A stretch of DNA of 64,000 nt, from contig NEEC01000041.1 of NCBI GenBank assembly GCA_002189035.1, forward strand, positions 78,719 through 142,718, read 5' to 3'. This document shows positions 58,101 through 64,000 of the stretch, in pieces (the stretch's first letter is position 1; each line of letters starts with the position of its first letter). A model generated the notes under the pieces. It was not told the origin of the DNA and did no database searches. It saw only the letters and a program-made list of their open reading frames with translations. Both the position numbers and the translations under genes were made by a program. The DNA is from Utricularia gibba (lineage: Eukaryota > Plantae > Magnoliophyta).

Positions 58101-61100
58101 TTCGAGATGATCATTTAAGATGCCATGGGTGTGTCCCTAGCCACAACCTCATGTGGCCTCGTGCACTCTTCGGTATCGAGTGGATATCTTGCAAATGGTG
58201 ATGAGTCATGTTGCACATAGCATACCGTTTCGAAGCTCGTTCCGAGCCGGTCTTCTTTCGTGTTGAGAACTTGTTCGTCCGAGGAGGCACAAATGCTCGA
58301 AAGATTGCCTTATATTAGCCTTCAGATGTGCAACGAAGTGGCCACCACGTTCGCGACGATGCGACTCGGGACACCCGACTCGATGCGAATGTGATTTTCG
58401 GCATGCAAGACATATGTATTTCATGGGACGATGTGAAATTTTGGATTTCGAGATGATCATTTAAGATGCCATGGGTGTGTCCCTAGCCACAACCTCATGG
58501 TGGCCTCGTGCACTCTTCGGTATCGAGTGGATATCTTGCAAACGGTGATGAGTCATGTTGCACATACCGTTTCGAGCCGGTCTCTTTCGTGTTGAGAACT
58601 TGTTCGTCCGAGGAGGCACAAATGCTCGAAAGATTGCCTTATATTAGCCTTCAGATGTGCAACGAAGTGGCCACCACGTTCGCGACGATGCGACTCGGGA
58701 CACCCGACTCGATGCGAATGTGATTTTCGGCATGCAAGACATATGTATTTCATGGGACGATGTGAAATTTGGATTTCGAGATGATCATTTAAGATGCCAT
58801 GGGTGTGTCCCTAGCCACAACCTCATGGTGGCCTCGTGCACTCTTCGGTATCGAGTGGATATCTTGCAAATGGTGATGAGTCATGTTGCACATAGCATAC
58901 CGTTTCGAAGCTCGTTCCGAGCCGGTCTCTTTCGTGTTGAGAACTTGTTCGTCCGAGGAGGCACAAATGCTCGAAAGATTGCCTTATATTAGCCTTCAGA
59001 TGTGCAACGAAGTGGCCACCACGTTCGCGACGATGCGACTCGGGACACCCGACTCGATGCGAATGTGATTTTGCATGCAAGACATATGTATTTCATGGGA
59101 CGATGTGAAATTTTGGATTTCGAGATGATCATTTAAGATGCCATGGGTGTGTCCCTAGCCACAACCTCATGGTGGCCTCGTGCACTCTTCGGTATCGAGT
59201 GGATATCTTGCAAACGGTGATGAGTCATGTTGCACATAGCATACCGTTTCGAAGCTCGTTCCGAGCCGGTCTTCTTTCGTGTTGAGAACTTGTTCGTCCG
59301 AGGAGGCACAAATGCTCGAAAGATTGCCTTATATTAGCCTTCAGATGTGCAACGAAGTGGCCACCACGTTCGCGACGATGCGACTCGGGACACCCGACTC
59401 GATGCGAATGTGATTTTCGGCATGCAAGACATATGTATTTCATGGGACGATGTGAATATTTGGATTTCGAGATGATCATTTAAGATGCCATGGGTGTGTC
59501 CCTAGCCACAACCTCATGGTGGCCTCGTGCACTCTTCGGTATCGAGTGGATATCTTGCAAACGGTGATGAGTCATGTTGCACATATCATACCGTTTCGAA
59601 GCTCGTTCCGAGCCGGTTCTTTTTCGTTTTGAGAACTTGTTCGTCCGAGGAGGCACAAATGCTCGAAAGATTGCCTTATATTAGCCTTCAGATGTGCAAC
59701 GAAGTGGCCACCACGTTCGCGATGCGACTCGGGACACCGACTCGATGCGAATGTGATTTTTTGCATGCAAGACATATGTATTTCATGGGACGATGTGAAA
59801 TTTGGATTTCGAGATGATCATTTAAGATGCCATGGGTGTGTCCCTAGCCACAACCTCATGGTGGCCTCGTGCACTCTTCGGTATCGAGTGGATATCTTGC
59901 AAATGGTGATGAGTCATGTTGCACATAGCATACCGTTTCGAAGCTCGTTCCGAGCCGGTCTTCTTTCGTGTTGAGAACTTGTTCGTCCGAGGAGGCACAA
60001 ATGCTCGAAAGATTGCCTTATATTAGCCTTCAGATGTGCAACGAAGTGGCCACCACGTTCGCGACGATGCGACTCGGGACACCCGACTCGATGCGAATGT
60101 GATTTTCGGCATGCAAGACATATGTATTTCATGGGACGATGTGAAATTTGGATTTCGAGATGATCATTTAAGATGCCATGGGTGTGTCCCTAGCCACAAC
60201 CTCATGGTGGCCTCGTGCACTCTTCGGTATCGAGTGGATATCTTGCAAACGGTGATGAGTCATGTTGCACATAGCGTTCCGAAGCCGTCTCTTTCGTGTT
60301 GAGAACTTGTTCGTCGAGGAGGCACAAATGCTCGAAAGATTGCCTTATATTAGCCTTCAGATGTGCAACGAAGTGGCCACACGTTCGCGACGATGCGACT
60401 CGGGACACCCGACTCGATGCGAATGTGATTTTCGCATGCAAGACATATGTATTTCATGGGACGATGTGAAATTTGGATTTCGAGATGATCATTTAAGATG
60501 CCATGGGTGTGTCCCTAGCCACAACCTCATGGTGGCCTCGTGCACTCTTCGGTATCGAGTGGATATCTTGCAAATGGTGATGAGTCATGTTGCACATAGC
60601 ATACCGTTTCGAAGCTCGTTCCGAGCCGGTCTTCTTTCGTGTTGAGAACTTGTTCGTCCGAGGAGCACAAATGCTCGAAAGATTGCCTTATATTAGCCTT
60701 CAGATGTGCAACGAAGTGGCCACCACGTTCGCGACGATGCGACTCGGGACACCGACTCGATGCGAATGTGATTTTCGGCATGCAAGACATATGTATTTCA
60801 TGGGACGATGTGAAATTTGGATTTCGAGATGATCATTTAAGATGCCATGGGTGTGTCCCTAGCCACAACCTCATGGTGGCCTCGTGCACTCTTCGGTATC
60901 GAGTGGATATCTTGCAAATGGTGATGAGTCATGTTGCACATAGCATACCGTTTCGAAGCTCGTTCCGAGCCGGTCTTCTTTCGTGTTGAGAACTTGTTCG
61001 TCCGAGGGCACAAATGCTCGAAAGATTGCCTTATATTAGCCTTCAGATGTGCAACGAAGTGGCCACCACGTTCGCGACGATGCGACTCGGGACACCGACT

Positions 61101-64000
61101 CGATGCGAATGTGATTTTTGCATGCAAGACATATGTATTTCATGGGACGATGTGAAATTTGGATTTCGAGATGATCATTTAAGATGCCATGGGTGTGTCC
61201 CTAGCCACAACCTCATGGTGGCCTCGTGCACTCTTCGGTATCGAGTGGATATCTTGCAAATGGTGATGAGTCATGTTGCACATAGCATACCGTTTCGAAG
61301 CTCGTTCCGAGCCGGTCTTCTTTCGTGTTGAGAACTTGTTCGTCCGAGGAGGCACAAATGCTCGAAAGATTGCCTTATATTAGCCTTCAGATGTGCAACG
61401 AAGTGGCCACCACGTTCGCGACGATGCGACTCGGGACACCCGACTCGATGCGAATGTGATTTTTGACATGCAAGACATATGTATTTCATGGGACGATGTG
61501 AAATTTGGATTTCGAGATGATCATTTAAGATGCCATGGTGTGTCCCTAGCCACAACCTCATGGTGGCCTCGTGCACTCTTCGGTATCGAGTGGATATCTT
61601 GCAAACGGTGATGAGTCATGTTGCACATATCATACCGTTTCGAAGCTCGTTCCGAGCCGGTCTTCTTTCGTGTTGAGAACTTGTTCGTCCGAGGAGGCAC
61701 AAATGCTCGAAAGATTGCCTTATATTAGCCTTCAGATGTGCAACGAAGTGGCCACCACGTTCGCGACGATGCGACTCGGGACACCCGACTCGATGCGAAT
61801 GTGATTTTCGGCATGCAAGACATATGTATTTCATGGGACGATGTGAATATTTGGATTTCGAGATGATCATTTAAGATGCCATGGGTGTGTCCCTAGCCAC
61901 AACCTCATGGTGGCCTCGTGCACTCTTCGGTATCGAGTGGATATCTTGCAAACGGTGATGAGTCATGTTGCACATAGCATACCGTTTCGAAGCTCGTTCC
62001 GAGCCGGTCTTCTTTCGTGTTGAGAACTTGTTCGTCCGAGGAGGCACAAATGCTCGAAAGATTGCCTTATATTAGCCTTCAGATGTGCAACGAAGTGGCC
62101 ACACGTTCGCGACGATGCGACTCGGGACACCCGACTCGATGCGAATGTGATTTTCGGCATGCAAGACATATGTATTTCATGGGACGATGTGAAATTTGGA
62201 TTTCGAGATGATCATTTAAGATGCCATGGTGTGTCCCTAGCCACAACCTCATGGTGGCCTCGTGCACTCTTCGGTATCGAGTGGATATCTTGCAAACGGT
62301 GATGAGTCATGTTGCACATAGCATACCGTTTCGAAGCTCGTTCCGAGCCGTCTTCTTTCGTGTTGAGAACTTGTTCGTCCGAGGAGGCACAAATGCTCGA
62401 AAGATTGCCTTATATTAGCCTTCAGATGTGCAACGAAGTGGCCACACGTTCGCGACGATGCGACTCGGGACACCGACTCGATGCGAATGTGATTTTTTTT
62501 GCATGCAAGACATATTTATTTCATGGGACGATGTGAAATTTGGATTTCGAGATGATCATTTAAGATGCCATGGGTGTGTCCCTAGCCACAACCTCATGGT
62601 GGCCTCGTGCACTCTTCGGTATCGAGTGGATATCTTGCAAATGGTGATGAGTCATGTTGCACATAGCATACCGTTTCGAAGCTCGTTTCCGAGCCGGTCT
62701 TCTTTCGTGTTGAGAACTTGTTCGTCCGAGGAGGCACAAATGCTCGAAAGATTGCCTTATATTAGCCTTCAGATGTGCAACGAAGTGGCCACCACGTTCG
62801 CGACGATGCGACTCGGGACACCGACTCGATGCGAATGTGATTTTGCATGCAAGACATATGTATTTCATGGGACGATGTGAAATTTCAGATTTCGAGATGA
62901 TCATTTAAGATGCCATGGGTGTGTCCCTAGCCACAACCTCATGGTGCCTCGTGCACTCTTCGGTATCGAGTGGATATCTTGCAAACGGTGATGAGTCATG
63001 TTGCACATATCATACCGTTTCGAAGCTCGTTCCGAGCCGGTTCGTGTTGAGAAGTGTTCGTCTTTTGCAATATGCTCGAAAGATTGCCTTATATTAGCCT
63101 TCAGATGTGCAACGAAGTGGCCACACGTTCGCGACGATGCGACTCGGGACACCCGACTCGATGCGAATGTGATTTTGACATGCAAGACATATTTATTTCA
63201 TGGGACGATGTGAAATTTCAGATTTCGAGATGATCATTTAAGATGCCATGGGTGTGTCCCTAGCCACAACCTCATGGTGGCCTCGTGCACTCTTCGGTAT
63301 CGAGTGGATATCTTGCAAACGGTGATGAGTCATGTTGCACATATCATACCGTTTCGAAGCTCGTTCCGAGCCGGTCTTCTTTCGTGTTGAGAACTTGTTC
63401 GTCCGAGGAGGCACAAATGCTCGAAAGATTGCCTTATATTAGCCTTCAGATGTGCAACGAAGTGGCCACCACGTTCGCGAAAATGCGACTCGGGACACCC
63501 TGACTCGATGCGAATGTGATTTTTGCATGCAAGACATATGTATTTCATGGGACGATGTGAAATTTGGATTTCGAGATGATCATTTAAGATGCCATGGGTG
63601 TGTCCCTAGCCACAACCTCATGGTGGCCTCGTGCACTCTTCGGTATCGAGTGGATATCTTGCAAATGGTGATGAGTCATGTTGCACATAGCATACCGTTT
63701 CGAAGCTCGTTCCGAGCCGGTCTTCTTTCGTGTTGAGAACTTGTTCGTCCGAGGAGGCACAAATGCTCGAAAGATTGCCTTATATTAGCCTTCAGATGTG
63801 CAACGAAGTGGCCACCACGTTCGCGACGATGCGACTCGGGACACCCGACTCGATGCGAATGTGATTTTCGGCATGCAAGACATATGTATTTCATGGGACG
63901 ATGTGAAATTTGGATTTCGAGATGATCATTTAAGATGCCATGGGTGTGTCCCTAGCCACAACCTCATGGTGGCCTCGTGCACTCTTCGGTATCGAGTGGA
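52101..64000 (+). repeat. Right array domain: C-type monomers, with a sub-family variant at positions 284-286
   Basis: By hand count, 34 of the 35 monomers from ~52172 to ~63788 read gccttCagatg (exception ~55946). About 14 of them replace gattttcggcatg with gattttt(ga)catg-like forms. Confidence 0.8.

Larger units (their letters stand above)
1..64000 (+). repeat. Tandem satellite DNA array, ~347-bp monomer, ~185 head-to-tail copies, open at both window ends
   Basis: The junction motif catttAAGATGCCATGGG recurs at 346-347-bp spacing (monomer starts 15315, 15661, 16007, 16353, 16699, 17045, 17392). The window begins at monomer position ~122 and ends at position ~69. The same spurious peptides always fall on the same strand in the ORF track, so there are no inverted blocks. 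Confidence 0.98.

Noticed and set aside
264-63894. Hundreds of 60-190-aa ORFs on both strands
   Set aside because: All are translations of the same 347-bp monomer, with frames joined by indels. They show no recognisable domain, and the longest (e.g. 18295-18873, 45129-45701) arise in scrambled patches.
1-64000. CRISPR-like array
   Set aside because: There are no unique spacers and no cas genes; the whole 347-bp unit is repeated.

Overview
The whole 64-kb window is one head-to-tail tandem satellite array with a ~347-bp monomer. It holds roughly 185 copies, all in the same orientation, and runs off both ends of the window. A full-length consensus copy lies at 17045-17391 (hand count: 48% GC, 25 CpG, CpG observed/expected ~1.2). 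I find no credible protein-coding gene, RNA gene, transposon, CRISPR array or inversion; every supplied ORF is a re-translation of the same monomer. I do not recognise the family or the host, and the window contains no gene-based system. The interest lies in the array architecture: (i) a left-to-right replacement of monomer variants, (ii) a sub-family confined to the last 12 kb, with a possible multi-monomer block duplication, (iii) recurrent diverged or rearranged sub-units, and (iv) a monomer rich in dyad symmetry with a degenerate internal fold-back. Many local anomalies (deletion-biased, scrambled patches, and deletions sitting exactly on SNP sites) look like long-read or consensus artefacts and need read-level checking before any biological interpretation.
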